Positions 9,401 through 23,852 of a DNA stretch of 27,865 bases are shown piece by piece. The stretch lies in the NCBI GenBank assembly GCA_002189035.1, contig NEEC01000511.1:1-27865 (forward strand). The letters are read 5' to 3'. Within the stretch, counting starts at the first letter, position 1. Every line of letters begins with the position of its first letter. The stretch comes from Utricularia gibba (Eukaryota > Plantae > Magnoliophyta). A program made the position numbers and the translations under genes. The notes beneath the pieces are model-generated. The model did no database searches and was not told the DNA's origin. It saw only the letters and a program-made list of their open reading frames with translations.

Positions 9401-12109
9401 AGCGAGACTGGCCGCCACAAAACGAGAAGCGGTTCCTTGAAAAACCATGTAGGCAGCCCCGAAAACCGAACGATAATAAATACATCACTTTATTTGCCGG
9501 ACTACAACTAACTCTCGGTGCAAGCCAAACCTTACCTTTGTCCCGTTCCAGGTGCACCCAAAGACCGCCTGCTCAAGTATAAAGTAAGTTGTTGAAAAAA
9601 ATCATGTGGGGTGCACGTGACATCATAATTTAAACAAATGCATCATTTTTTTTAATCGATTTGCATCCAGTTGACCTCATGAGCCATACAGAATCGGGTC
9701 AAGGACCAAGTTCCCAGCGAGACTGGCCGCCACAAAACGAGAAGCGGTTCCTTGAAAAACCATGTAGGCAGCCCCAAAAACCGAACGATAATAAATACAT
9801 CACTTTATTTGCCGGACTACAACTAACTCTCGGTGCAAGCCAAACTTACTTTTTGTCCCGTTCCAGGTGCACCCAAAGACCGCCTGCTCAAGTATAAAGT
9901 AAGTTGTTGAAAAAATCATGTGGGGTGCACGTGACATCATAATTTAAACAAATGCATCATTTTTTTTAATCGATTTGCATCCAGTTGACCTCATGAGCCA
10001 TACAGAATCGGGTCAAGGACCAAGTTCCCAGCGAGACTGGCCGCCACAAAACGAGAAGCGGTTCCTTGAAAAACCATGTAGGCAGCCCCGAAAACCGAAC
10101 GATAATAAATACATCACTTTATTTGCGGACTACAACTAACTCTCGGTGCAAGCCAAACATTACCTTTGTCCCGTTCCAGGTGCACCCAAAGACCGCCTGC
10201 TCAAGTATAAAGTAAGTTGTTGAAAAAATCATGTGGGGTGCACGTGACATCATAATTTAAACAAATGCATCATTTTTTTTAATCGATTTGCATCCAGTTG
10301 ACCTCATGAGCCATACAGAATCGGGTCAAGGACCAAGTTCCCAGCGAGACTGGCCGCCACAAAACGAGAAGCGGTTCCTTGAAAAACCATGTAGGCAGCC
10401 CCCGAAAACCGAACGATAATAAATACATCACTTTATTTGCCGACTACAACTAACTCTCGGTGCAAGCCAAACATTACTTTTGTCCGTTCCAGGTGCACCC
10501 AAAGACCGCCTGCTCAAGTATAAAGTAAGTTGTTGAAAAAATCATGTGGGGTGCACGTGACATCATAATTTAAACAAATGCATCATTTTTTTTAATCGAT
10601 TTGCATCCAGTTGACCTCATGAGCCATACAGAATCGGGTCAAGGACCAAGTTCCCAGCGAGACTGGCCGCCACAAAACGAGAAGCGGTTCCTTGAAAAAC
10701 CATGTAGGCAGCCCCCGAAAACCGAACGATAATAAATACATCACTTTATTTGCCGGACTACAACTAACTCTCGGTGCAAGCCAAACTTACCTTTGTCCGT
10801 TCCAGGTGCACCCAAAGACCGCCTGCTCAAGTATAAAGTAAGTTGTTGAAAAAATCATGTGGGGTGCACGTGACATCATAATTTAAACAAATGCATCATT
10901 TTTTTTAATCGATTTGCATCCAGTTGACCTCATGAGCCATACAGAATCGGGTCAAGGACCAAGTTCCCAGCGAGACTGGCCGCCACAAAACGAGAAGCGG
11001 TTCCTTGAAAAACCATGTAGGCAGCCCCCGAAAACCGAACGATAATAAATACATCACTTTATTTGCCGGACTACAACTAACTCTCGTGCAAGCCAAACAT
11101 TACCTTTGTCCCGTTCCAGGTGCACCCAAAGACCGCCTGCTCAAGTATAAAGTAAGTTGTTGAAAAAATCATGTGGGGTGCACGTGACATCATAATTTAA
11201 ACAAATGCATCATTTTTTTTAATCGATTTGCATCCAGTTGACCTCATGAGCCATACAGAATCGGGGTCAAGGACCAAGTTCCCAGCGAGACTGGCCGCCA
11301 CAAAACGAGAAGCGGTTCCTTGAAAAACCATGTAGGCAGCCCCCGAAAACCGAACGATAATAAATACATCACTTTATTTGCCGACTACAACTAACTCTCG
11401 GTGCAAGCCAAACCTTACCTTTGTCCGTTCCAGGTGCACCCAAAGACCGCCTGCTCAAGTATAAAGTAAGTTGTTGAAAAAATCATGTGGGGTGCACGTG
11501 ACATCATAATTTAAACAAATGCATCATTTTTTTTAATCGATTTGCATCCAGTTGACCTCATGAGCCATACAGAATCGGGTCAAGGACCAAGTTCCCAGCG
11601 AGACTGGCCGCCACAAAACGAGAAGCGGTTCCTTGAAAAACCATGTAGGCAGCCCCCGAAAACCGAACGATAATAAATACATCACTTTATTTGCCGGACT
11701 ACAACTAACTCTCGGTGCAAGCCAAACTTACCTTTGTCCGTTCCAGGTGCACCCAAAGACCGCCTGCTCAAGTATAAAGTAAGTTGTTGAAAAAATCATG
11801 TGGGGTGCACGTGACATCATAATTTAAACAAATGCATCATTTTTTTTAATCGATTTGCATCCAGTTGACCTCATGAGCCATACAGAATCGGGGTCAAGGA
11901 CCAAGTTCCCAGCGAGACTGGCCGCCACAAAACGAGAAGCGGTTCCTTGAAAAACCATGTAGGCAGCCCCGAAAACCGAACGATAATAAATACATCACTT
12001 TATTTGCCGACTACAACTAACTCTCGGTGCAAGCCAAACCTTACCTTTGTCCCGTTCCAGGTGCACCCAAAGACCGCCTGCTCAAGTATAAAGTAAGTTG
12101 TTGAAAAAA
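6470..12109 (+). repeat. Homogeneous block of 18 type A monomers (units 22-39)
   Basis: No B or C diagnostic blocks; every unit reads AAAACCGAACG; lengths are 311-316 bp. Confidence 0.88.
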
Positions 12110-12413
12110 TCATGTGGGGTGCACGTGACATCATAATTTAAACAAATGCATCATTTTTTTTAATCGATTTGCATCCAGTTGACCTCATGAGCCATACAGA
12201 ATCGGGGTCAAGGACCAAGTTCCCAGCGAGACTGGCCGCCACAAAACGAGAAGCTTTCCTTGAAAAACCATGTAGGCAGCCGAAAACCGAACGTTAATAA
12301 ATACATCACTTTTTGCCGGACTACAACTACTTTGGCCAAGCCAAGCTGACTTTTTCCGGTTCCAAGTGCCCCCCAAAACCGCCCCTCAAGTATAAAGTAA
12401 GTTGTTAAAAAAA
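12110..12413 (+). repeat. A/B mosaic monomer, 5' A and 3' B (unit 40)
   Basis: GAACGTTAAT, ACTACTTTGGCC, AAGCTGAC, CCAAGTGCCCC and GTTGTTAAAA. Confidence 0.85.
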
Positions 12414-13657
12414 TCATGTGGGGTGCACGTGACATCGTAATTTAAACAAATGCATCATTTTTTTTATTCGATTTGCATCCAGTTGACCTCATGAGCCAAC
12501 AGAATCGGGGTCAAGGACCAAGTTCCCAGCAGACTGGCCGCCACAAAACGAGAAGCGGTTCCTTGAAAAACCATGTAGGCAGCCCCGAAAACGAACGATA
12601 ATAAATACATCACTTTATTTGCCGGACTACAACTAACTCTCGGTGCAAGCCAAACTTACTTTGTCCCGTTCCAGTGCACCCAAAGACCGCCTGCTCAAGT
12701 ATAAAGTAAGTTGTTGAAAAAATCATGTGGGGTGCACGTGACATCATAATTTAAACAAATGCATCATTTTTTTTATCGATTTGCATCCAGTTGACCTCAT
12801 GAGCCATACAGAATCGGGTCAAGGACCAAGTTCCCAGCGAGACTGGCCGCCACAAAACGAGAAGCGGTTCCTTGAAAAACCATGTAGGCAGCCCCGAAAA
12901 ACGAACGATAATAAATACATCACTTTATTTGCCGACTACAACTAACTCTCGGTGCAAGCCAAACTTACCTTTGTCCCGTTCCAGGCACCCAAAGACCGCC
13001 TGCTCAAGTATAAAGTAAGTTGTTGAAAAAATCATGTGGGGTGCACGTGACATCATAATTTAAACAAATGCATCATTTTTTTTAATCGATTTGCATCCAG
13101 TTGACCTCATGAGCCATACAGAATCGGGTCAAGGACCAAGTTCCCAGCGAGACTGGCCGCCACAAAACGAGAAGCGGTTCCTTGAAAAACCATGTAGGCA
13201 GCCCGAAAACCGAACGATAATAAATACATCACTTTATTTGCCGGACTACAACTAACTCTCGGTGCAAGCCAAAATTACCTTTGTCCCGTTCCAGGTGCAC
13301 CCAAAGACCGCCTGCTCAAGTATAAAGTAAGTTGTTGAAAAAATCATGTGGGGTGCACGTGACATCATAATTTAAACAAATGCATCATTTTTTTTAATCG
13401 ATTTGCATCCAGTTGACCTCATGAGCCATACAGAATCGGGGTCAAGGACCAAGTTCCCAGCGAGACTGGCCGCCACAAAACGAGAAGCGGTTCCTTGAAA
13501 AACCATGTAGGCAGCCCCCGAAAACCGAACGATAATAAATACATCACTTTATTTGCCGACTACAACTAACTCTCGTGCAAGCCAAACCTTACCTTTGTCC
13601 CGTTCCAGGTGCACCCAAAGACCGCCTGCTCAAGTATAAAGTAAGTTGTTGAAAAAA

Positions 13658-13957
13658 TCATGTGGGGTGCACGTGACATCATAATTTAAACAAATGCATC
13701 ATTTTTTTTAATCGATTTGCATCCAGTTGACCTCATGAGCCATACAGAATCGACCAAGTTCCTAGCGAGACTGGCCGCCACAAAACGAGAAGCGTTCCTT
13801 GAAAAACCATGTAGGCAACCCGAAAACCGAACGTTAATAAATACATCACTTTCTTTGCCGGGTACAACTACTTTGGCCAAGCCTAAGCTGATCTTTTTCC
13901 GGTTCCAAGTGCCCCCAAAACCGCCTGCTCATGTATAAAGTATGTTGTTAAAAAAAA
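13658..13957 (+). repeat. Mostly type B monomer with an A 5' end (unit 45)
   Basis: A up to AGAATCG, a deletion at the A/B-divergent site, then GTTCCTAGCG and B alleles to the end. Confidence 0.87.
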
Positions 13958-14583
13958 TCATGTGGGGTGCACTGACATCAATTTAAACAAATGCATCATT
14001 TTTTTTAATCGATTTGCATCCAGTTGACCTCATGAGCCAGACAGAAATCGGGGTCAAGGACCAAGTTCCCAGCGAGACTGGCCGCCACAAAACGAGAAGC
14101 GGTTCCTTGAAAAACCATGTAGGCAGCCCCCGAAAAACCGAACGATAATAAATACATCACTTTATTTGCCGGACTACAACTAACTCTCGGTGCAAGCCAA
14201 ACATTACCTTTGTCCGTTCCAGGTGCACCCAAAGACCGCCTGCTCAAGTATAAAGTAAGTTGTTGAAAAAATCATGTGGGGTGCACGTGACATCATAATT
14301 TAAACAAATGCATCATTTTTTTTAATCGATTTGCATCCAGTTGACCTCATGAGCCATACAGAATCGGGGTCAAGGACCAAGTTCCCAGCGAGACTGGCCG
14401 CCACAAAACGAGAAGCGGTTCCTTGAAAAACCATGTAGGCAGCCCCCGAAAACCGAACGATAATAAATACATCACTTTATTTGCCGGACTACAACTAACT
14501 CTCGGTGCAAGCCAATTACCTTTGTCCCGTTCCAGTGCACCCAAAGACCGCCTGCTCAAGTATAAAGTAAGTTGTTGAAAAAA

Positions 14584-14872
14584 TCATGTGGGGTGCACGT
14601 GAGTAATTTAAACAAATGCATCATTTTTTTATCGATTTGCATCCTTTGACCTCATGAGCCATAAAGAATCGGGGCGGACCAAGTTCCTAGCGAGACTGGC
14701 CGCCACAAAACGAGAAGCTGTTCCTTGAAAAACCATGTAGGCAACACCGAAAACCGAACGTTAATAAATACATCACTTTTTTGCCGGGCTACAACTTCAA
14801 GCCTAATGACTTTTTCCGGTTCCAGTGCCCCCAAGACCGCCTCCTCATGTATAAAGTATGTTGTTAAAAAAA
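14584..14872 (+). repeat. Type B monomer with deletions (unit 48, 289 bp)
   Basis: CATCCTTTG, CCATAAAG, GGGCGGACC, CCTAGCG, GCTGTTCC, GCAACACC and CCTCCTCATG. Confidence 0.9.
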
Positions 14873-16752
14873 TCATGTGGGGTGCACTTGACATCGTAAT
14901 TTAAACAAATGCATCATTTTTTTTTATTCGATTTGCATCCAGTTGACCTCATGAGCCATACAGAATCGGGGTCAAGGACCAAGTTCCCAGCGAGACTGGC
15001 CGCCACAAAACGAGAAGCGGTTCCTTGAAAACCATGTAGGCAGCCCCGAAAACGAACGATAATAAATACATCACTTTATTTGCCGGACTACAACTAACTC
15101 TCGGTGCAAGCCAAACATTACCTTTGTCCCGTTCCAGGTGCACCAAAGACCGCCTGCTCAAGTATAAAGTAAGTTGTTGAAAAAATCATGTGGGGTGCAC
15201 GTGACATCATAATTTAAACAAATGCATCATTTTTTTTAATCGATTTGCATCCAGTTGACCTCATGAGCCATACAGAATCGGGGTCAAGGACCAAGTTCCC
15301 AGCGAGACTGGCCGCCACAAAACGAGAAGCGGTTCCTTGAAAAACCATGTAGGCAGCCCCCGAAAACCGAACGATAATAAATACATCACTTTATTTGCCG
15401 GACTACAACTAACTCTCGGTGCAAGCCAAACTTACTTTTGTCCCGTTCCAGGTGCACCCAAAACCGCTGCTCAAGTATAAAGTAAGTTGTTGAAAAAATC
15501 ATGTGGGGTGCACGTGACATCATAATTTAAACAAATGCATCATTTTTTTTAATCGATTTGCATCCAGTTGACCTCATGAGCCATACAGAATCGGGGTCAA
15601 GGACCAAGTTCCCAGCGAGACTGGCCGCCACAAAACGAGAAGCGGTTCCTTGAAAAACCATGTAGGCAGCCCCCGAAAACGAACGATAATAAATACATCA
15701 CTTTATTTGCCGGACTACAACTAACTCTCGGTGCAAGCCAAACTTACCTTTGTCCCGTTCCAGGTGCACCCAAAGACCGCCTGCTCAAGTATAAAGTAAG
15801 TTGTTGAAAAAATCATGTGGGGTGCACGTGACATCATAATTTAAACAAATGCATCATTTTTTTTAATCGATTTGCATCCAGTTGACCTCATGAGCCATAC
15901 AGAATCGGGGTCAAGGACCAAGTTCCCAGCGAGACTGGCCGCCACAAAACGAGAAGCGGTTCCTTGAAAACCATGTAGGCAGCCCCCGAAAACCGAACGA
16001 TAATAAATACATCACTTTATTTGCCGGACTACAACTAACTCTCGGTGCAAGCCAAACTTACTTTGTCCGTTCCAGGTGCACCCAAAGACCGCCTGCTCAA
16101 GTATAAAGTAAGTTGTTGAAAAAAATCATGTGGGGTGCACGTGACATCATAATTTAAACAAATGCATCATTTTTTTTAATCGATTTGCATCCAGTTGACC
16201 TCATGAGCCATACAGAATCGGGGTCAAGGACCAAGTTCCCAGCGAGACTGGCCGCCACAAAAACGAGAAGCGGTTCCTTGAAAAACCATGTAGGCAGCCC
16301 CGAAAACGAACGATAATAAATACATCACTTTATTTGCCGGACTACAACTAACTCTCGTGCAAGCCAACCTTACCTTTGTCCCGTTCCAGGTGCACCCAAA
16401 GACCGCCTGCTCAAGTATAAAGTAAGTTGTTGAAAAAATCATGTGGGGTGCACGTGACATCATAATTTAAACAAATGCATCATTTTTTTTAATCGATTTG
16501 CATCCAGTTGACCTCATGAGCCATACAGAATCGGGTCAAGGACCAAGTTCCCAGCGAGACTGGCCGCCACAAAACGAGAAGCGGTTCCTTGAAAAACCAT
16601 GTAGGCAGCCCCCGAAAACCGAACGATAATAAATACATCACTTTATTTGCCGGACTACAACTAACTCTCGGTGCAAGCCAAACTTACCTTTGTCCCGTTC
16701 CAGGTGCACCCAAAGACCGCCTGCTCAAGTATAAAGTAAGTTGTTGAAAAAA

Positions 16753-17059
16753 TCATGTGGGGTGCACGTGATATCGTAATTTAAACAAATGCATCATTTA
16801 TTCATTGATTTGCATCCTTTTGTCCTCATGAGCCATAAAGAATCGCGGGCCCGGACCAAGTTCCTAGCGAGACTGGCCGCCACAAAACGAGAAGCGTTCC
16901 TTGAAAAACCATGTAGGCAACACCGAAAACCGAACGTTAATAAATACATCACTTTCTTTGCCGGGCTACAACTTACTTTGGGCAAGCCTAAGCTGACTTT
17001 TTCCGGTTCCAAGTGCCCCCAAGACCGCCTCTCATGTATAAAGTATGTTGTTAAAAAAA
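16753..17059 (+). repeat. Type B monomer (unit 55, near full)
   Basis: Near-identical to unit 1: GTGATATCG, ATTCATTGAT, CCTTTTGTCC, ATCGCGGGC, CCTAGCG and ACAACTTACTTTGGG. Confidence 0.93.
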
Positions 17060-18305
17060 TCATGTGGGGTGCACGTGACATCGTAATTTAAACAAATGCA
17101 TCATTTTTTTTATTCGATTTGCATCCAGTTGACCTCATGAGCCATACAGAATGGGGTCAAGGACCAAGTTCCCAGCGAGACTGGCCGCCACAAAACGAGA
17201 AGCGGTTCCTTGAAAAACCATGTAGGCAGCCCCCGAAAACGAACGATAATAAATACATCACTTTATTTGCCGGACTACAACTAACTCTCGGTGCAAGCCA
17301 AACATTACCTTTGTCCCGTTCCAGGTGCACCCAAAGACCGCCTGCTCAAGTATAAAGTAAGTTGTTGAAAAAATCATGTGGGGTGCACGTGACATCATAA
17401 TTTAAACAAATGCATCATTTTTTTTAATCGATTTGCATCCAGTTGACCTCATGAGCCATACAGAATCGGGTCAAGGACCAAGTTCCCGAGACTGGCCGCC
17501 ACAAAACGAGAAGCGGTTCCTTGAAAAACATGTAGGCAGCCCGAAAACCGAACGATAATAAATACATCACTTTATTTGCCGACTACAACTAACTCTCGGT
17601 GCAAGCCAAACTTACCTTTGTCCCGTTCCAGGTGCACCCAAAGACCGCCTGCTCAAGTATAAAGTAAGTTGTTGAAAAAATCATGTGGGGTGCACGTGAC
17701 ATCATAATTTAAACAAATGCATCATTTTTTTAATCGATTTGCATCCAGTTGACCTCATGAGCCATACAGAATCGGGGTCAAGGACCAAGTTCCCAGCGAG
17801 ACTGGCCGCCAAAACGAGAAGCGGTTCCTTGAAAAACCATGTAGGCAGCCCCCGAAAACCGAACGATAATAAATACATCACTTTATTTGCCGACTACAAC
17901 TAACTCTCGGTGCAAGCCAAACCTTACCTTTGTCCCGTTCCAGGTGCACCCAAAGACCGCCTGCTCAAGTATAAAGTAAGTTGTTGAAAAAATCATGTGG
18001 GGTGCACGTGACATCATAATTTAAACAAATGCATCATTTTTTTTAATCGATTTGCATCCAGTTGACCTCATGAGCCATACAGAATCGGGGTCAAGGACCA
18101 AGTTCCCAGCGAGACTGGCCGCCACAAAACGAGAAGCGGTTCCTTGAAAAACCATGTAGGCAGCCCCCGAAAACGAACGATAATAAATACATCACTTTAT
18201 TTGCCGGACTACAACTAACTCTCGGTGCAAGCCAACCTTACCTTTGTCCCGTTCCAGTGCACCCAAAGACCGCCTGCTCAAGTATAAAGTAAGTTGTTGA
18301 AAAAA

Positions 18306-18608
18306 TCATGTGGGGTGCACGTGATATCGTAATTTAAACAAATGCATCATTTTTTCATTGATTTGCATCCTTTTGACCTCATGAGCCATAAAGAATCGGG
18401 GGACCAAGTTCCAGCGAGACTGGCCGCCACAAAACGAGAAGCTGTTCCTTGAAAAACCATGTAGGCAACACCGAAAACCGAACGTTAATAAATACATCAC
18501 TTTCTTTGCCGGGCTACAACTTACTTTGGGCAAAGCCTAAGCTGATCTTTTCCGGTTCCAAGTGCCCCCAAAACCGCCTCTCATGTATAAAGTATGTTGT
18601 TAAAAAAA
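18306..18608 (+). repeat. Type B monomer (unit 60)
   Basis: GTGATATCG, TTCATTGAT, CCATAAAG, GCTGTTCC, GCAACACC and CCTAAGCTGATC. Confidence 0.92.
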
Positions 18609-21088
18609 TCATGTGGGGTGCACACATCGTAATTTAAACAAATGCATCATTTTTTTTATTCGATTTGCATCCTTGACCTCATGAGCCAGAATCGGGGTCA
18701 AGGACCAAGTTCCCAGCGAGACTGGCCGCCACAAAAACGAGAAGCGGTTCCTTGAAAAACCATGTAGGCAGCCCCCGAAAACGAACGATAATAAATACAT
18801 CACTTTATTTGCCGGACTACAACTAACTCTCGGTGCAAGCCAAACATTACCTTTGTCCCGTTCCAGGTGCACCCAAAGACCGCCTGCTCAAGTATAAAGT
18901 AAGTTGTTGAAAAAATCATGTGGGGTGCACGTGACATCATAATTTAAACAAATGCATCATTTTTTTAATCGATTTGCATCCAGTTGACCTCATGAGCCAT
19001 ACAGAATCGGGGTCAAGGACCAAGTTCCCAGCGAGACTGGCCGCCACAAAACGAGAAGCGGTTCCTTGAAAAACCATGTAGGCAGCCCCGAAAACGAACG
19101 ATAATAAATACATCACTTTATTTGCCGACTACAACTAACTCTCGGTGCAAGCCAAACCTTTTTGTCCCGTTCCAGGTGCACCCAAAGACCGCCTGCTCAA
19201 GTATAAAGTAAGTTGTTGAAAAAATCATGTGGGGTGCACGTGACATCATAATTTAAACAAATGCATCATTTTTTTTAATCGATTTGCATCCAGTTGACCT
19301 CATGAGCCATACAGAATCGGGGTCAAGGACCAAGTTCCCAGCGAGACTGGCCGCCAAAACGAGAAGCGGTTCCTTGAAAAACCATGTAGGCAGCCCCGAA
19401 AACGAACGATAATAAATACATCACTTTATTTGCCGGACTACAACTAACTCGGTGCAAGCCAAACTTACCTTTGTCCCGTTCCAGGTGCACCCAAAGACCG
19501 CCTGCTCAAGTATAAAGTAAGTTGTTGAAAAAATCATGTGGGGTGCACGTGACATCATAATTTAAACAAATGCATCATTTTTTTTATCGATTTGCATCCA
19601 GTTGACCTCATGAGCCATACAGAATCGGGGTCAAGGACCAAGTTCCCAGCGAGACTGGCCGCCACAAAACGAGAAGCGGTTCCTTGAAAAACCATGTAGG
19701 CAGCCCCCGAAAACCGAACGATAAATACATCACTTTATTTGCCGGACTACAACTAACTCTCGGTGCAAGCCAAACTTACCTTTGTCCCGTTCCAGGTGCA
19801 CCCAAAGACCGCCTGCTCAAGTATAAAGTAAGTTGTTGAAAAAATCATGTGGGGTGCACGTGACATCATAATTTAAACAAATGCATCATTTTTTTTAATC
19901 GATTTGCATCCAGTTGACCTCATGAGCCATACAGAATCGGGGTCAAGGACCAAGTTCCCAGCGAGACTGGCCGCCACAAAACGAGAAGCGGTTCCTTGAA
20001 AAACCATGTAGGCAGCCCCGAAAACCGAACGATAATAAATACATCACTTTATTTGCCGGACTACAACTAACTCTCGTGCAAGCCAAACTTACCTTTGTCC
20101 CGTTCCAGGTGCACCCAAAGACCGCTGCTCAAGTATAAAGTAAGTTGTTGAAAAAATCATGTGGGGTGCACGTGACATCATAATTTAAACAAATGCATCA
20201 TTTTTTTTAATCGATTTGCATCCAGTTGACCTCATGAGCCATACAGAATCGGGGTCAAGGACCAAGTTCCCAGCGAGACTGGCCGCCACAAAACGAGAAG
20301 CGGTTCCTTGAAAAACCATGTAGGCAGCCCCCGAAAACGAACGATAATAAATACATCACTTTATTTGCCGGACTACAACTAACTCTCGGTGCAAGCCAAT
20401 TACCTTTGTCCCGTTCCAGGTGCACCCAAAGACCGCCTGCTCAAGTATAAAGTAAGTTGTTGAAAAAATCATGTGGGGTGCACGTGACATCATAATTTAA
20501 ACAAATGCATCATTTTTTTTAATCGATTTGCATCCAGTTGACCTCATGAGCCATAAGAATCGGGTCAAGGACCAAGTTCCCAGCGAGACTGGCCGCCACA
20601 AAACGAGAAGCGGTTCCTTGAAAAACCATGTAGGCAGCCCCGAAAACCGAACGATAATAAATACATCACTTTATTTGCCGGACTACAACTAACTCTCGGT
20701 GCAAGCCAAACTTACCTTTGTCCCGTTCCAGGTGCACCCAAAGACCGCCTGCTCAAGTATAAAGTAAGTTGTTGAAAAAATCATGTGGGGTGCACGTGAC
20801 ATCATAATTTAAACAAATGCATCATTTTTTTTAATCGATTTGCATCCAGTTGACCTCATGAGCCATACAGAATCGGGGTCAAGGACCAAGTTCCCAGCGA
20901 GACTGGCCGCCACAAAACGAGAAGCGGTTCCTTGAAAAACCATGTAGGCAGCCCCGAAAACGAACGATAATAAATACATCTTTTATTTGCCGGACTACAA
21001 CTAACTCGTGCAAGCCAACCTTACCTTTGTCCCGTTCCAGTGCACCCAAAGACCGCCTGCTCAAGTATAAAGTAAGTTGTTGAAAAAA

Positions 21089-21390
21089 TCATGTGGGGTG
21101 CACGTGATATCGTAATTTAAACAAATGCATCATTGTATTCATCGATTTGCATCCAGTTGTCCTCATGAGCCATAAAGAATCGGGGGGACCAAGTTCCTAG
21201 CGAGACTGGCCGCCACAAAACGAGAAGCGTTCCTTGAAAAACCATGTAGGCAACACCGAAAACCGAACGTTAATAAATACATCACTTTCTTTGCCGGGCT
21301 ACAACTACTTTGGGCAAGCCAAGCTGACTTTTTCCGGTTCCAAGTGCCCCCAAACCGCCTCCTCATGTATAAAGTATGTTGTTAAAAAAA
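21089..21390 (+). repeat. Type B monomer (unit 69)
   Basis: GTGATATCG, CATTGTATTC, TTGTCC, CCTAGCG, GCAACACC and CCTCCTCATG. Confidence 0.92.
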
Positions 21391-23569
21391 TCATGTGGGT
21401 GCACGTGACATCGTAATTTAAACAAATGCATCATTTTTTTTAATCGATTTGCATCCAGTTGACCTCATGAGCCACAGAATGGGGTCAAGGACCAAGTTCC
21501 CAGCGAGACTGGCCGCCACAAAACGAGAAGCGGTTCCTTGAAAAACCATGTAGGCAGCCCCCGAAAAACGAACGATAATAAATACATCACTTTATTTGCC
21601 GGACTACAACTAACTCTCGGTGCAAGCCAAACATTACCTTTGTCCCGTTCCAGGTGCACCCAAAGACCGCCTGCTCAAGTATAAAGTAAGTTGTTGAAAA
21701 AATCATGTGGGGTGCACGTGACATCATAATTTAAACAAATGCATCATTTTTTTTAATCGATTTGCATCCAGTTGACCTCATGAGCCATACAGAATCGGGG
21801 TCAAGGACCAAGTTCCCAGCGAGACTGGCCGCCACAAAACGAGAAGCGGTTCCTTGAAAAACCATGTAGGCAGCCCCGAAAACCGAACGATAATAAATAC
21901 ATCACTTTATTTGCCGGACTACAACTAACTCTCGGTGCAAGCCAATTACTTTTCCCGTTCCAGGTGCCCCAAGACCGCCTGCTCAAGTATAAAGTAAGTT
22001 GTTAAAAAAACATGTGGGGTGCACGTGACATCATAATTTAAACAAATGCATCATTTTTTTTAATCGATTTGCATCCAGTTGACCTCATGAGCCATACAGA
22101 ATCGGGGTCAAGGACCAAGTTCCCAGCGAGACTGGCCGCCACAAAACGAGAAGCGGTTCCTTGAAAAACCATGTAGGCAGCCCCCGAAAACGAACGATAA
22201 TAAATACATCACTTTATTTGCCGGACTACAACTAACTCTCGGCAAGCCAAACTTACCTTTGTCCCGTTCCAGGTGCACCCAAAGACCGCCTGCTCAAGTA
22301 TAAAGTAAGTTGTTGAAAAAATCATGTGGGGTGCACGTGACATCATAATTTAAACAAATGCATCATTTTTTTTAATCGATTTGCATCCAGTTGACCTCAT
22401 GAGCCATACAGAATCGGGTCAAGGACCAAGTTCCCAGCGAGACTGGCCGCCACAAAACGAGAAGCGGTTCCTTGAAAAACCATGTAGGCAGCCCCGAAAA
22501 CCGAACGATAATAAATACATCACTTTATTTGCCGGACTACAACTAACTCTCGGTGCAAGCCAAACATTACCTTTGTCCCGTTCCAGGTGCACCCAAAGAC
22601 CGCCTGCTCAAGTATAAAGTAAGTTGTTGAAAAAATCATGTGGGGTGCACGTGACATCATAATTTAAACAAATGCATCATTTTTTTTAATCGATTTGCAT
22701 CCAGTTGACCTCATGAGCCATACAGAATCGGGTCAAGGACCAAGTTCCCAGCGAGACTGGCCGCCACAAAACGAGAAGCGGTTCCTTGAAAAACCATGTA
22801 GGCAGCCCCGAAAACCGAACGATAATAAATACATCACTTTATTTGCCGGACTACAACTAACTCTCGGTGCAAGCCAAACTTACCTTTGTCCCGTTCCAGG
22901 TGCACCCAAGACCGCCTGCTCAAGTATAAAGTAAGTTGTTGAAAAAATCATGTGGGGTGCACGTGACATCATAATTTAAACAAATGCATCATTTTTTTTA
23001 ATCGATTTGCATCCAGTTGACCTCATGAGCCATACAGAATCGGGGTCAAGGACCAAGTTCCCAGCGAGACTGGCCGCCACAAAAACGAGAAGCGGTTCCT
23101 TGAAAAACCATGTAGGCAGCCCCCGAAAACGAACGATAATAAATACATCACTTTATTTGCCGGACTACAACTAACTCTCGGTGCAAGCCAAACTTACCTT
23201 TGTCCCGTTCCAGGTGCACCCAAAGACCGCCTGCTCAAGTAAAAGTAAGTTGTTGAAAAAATCATGTGGGGTGCACGTGACATCATAATTTAAACAAATG
23301 CATCATTTTTTTAATCGATTTGCATCCAGTTGACCTCATGAGCCATACAGAATCGGGGTCAAGGACCAAGTTCCCAGCGAGACTGGCCGCCACAAAACGA
23401 GAAGCGGTTCCTTGAAAAACCATGTAGGCAGCCCCGAAAACCGAACGATAAACATCACTTTATTTGCCGGACTACAACTAACTCTCGGTGCAAGCCAAAC
23501 CTTACCTTTGTCCCGTTCCAGGTGCACCAAAGACCGCCTGCTCAAGTATAAAGTAAGTTGTTGAAAAAA

Positions 23570-23852
23570 TCATGTGGGGTGCACGTGACATCATAATTTA
23601 AACAAATGCATCATTTTTTTATTGATTTGCATCCTTTTGACCTCATGAGCCATAAAGAATCGGGGCGGACCAAGTTCCAGCGAGACTGGCCGCCACAAAA
23701 CGAGAAGCGTTCCTTGAAAAACCATGTAGGCAGCCCGAAAACCGAACGTTAATAAATACATCACTTTATTTGCCGGGCTACAACTCCAAAGTTTTTCGGT
23801 TCCAAGTGCCCCCAAAGACCGCCTCTCATGTATAAAGTAAGTTGTTAAAAAA
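23570..23852 (+). repeat. A/B mosaic monomer with deletions (unit 77, 283 bp)
   Basis: CATCCTTTTG, CCATAAAG, GGGCGGACC, GAACGTTAAT and CCGGGC, interleaved with A alleles. Confidence 0.85.
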
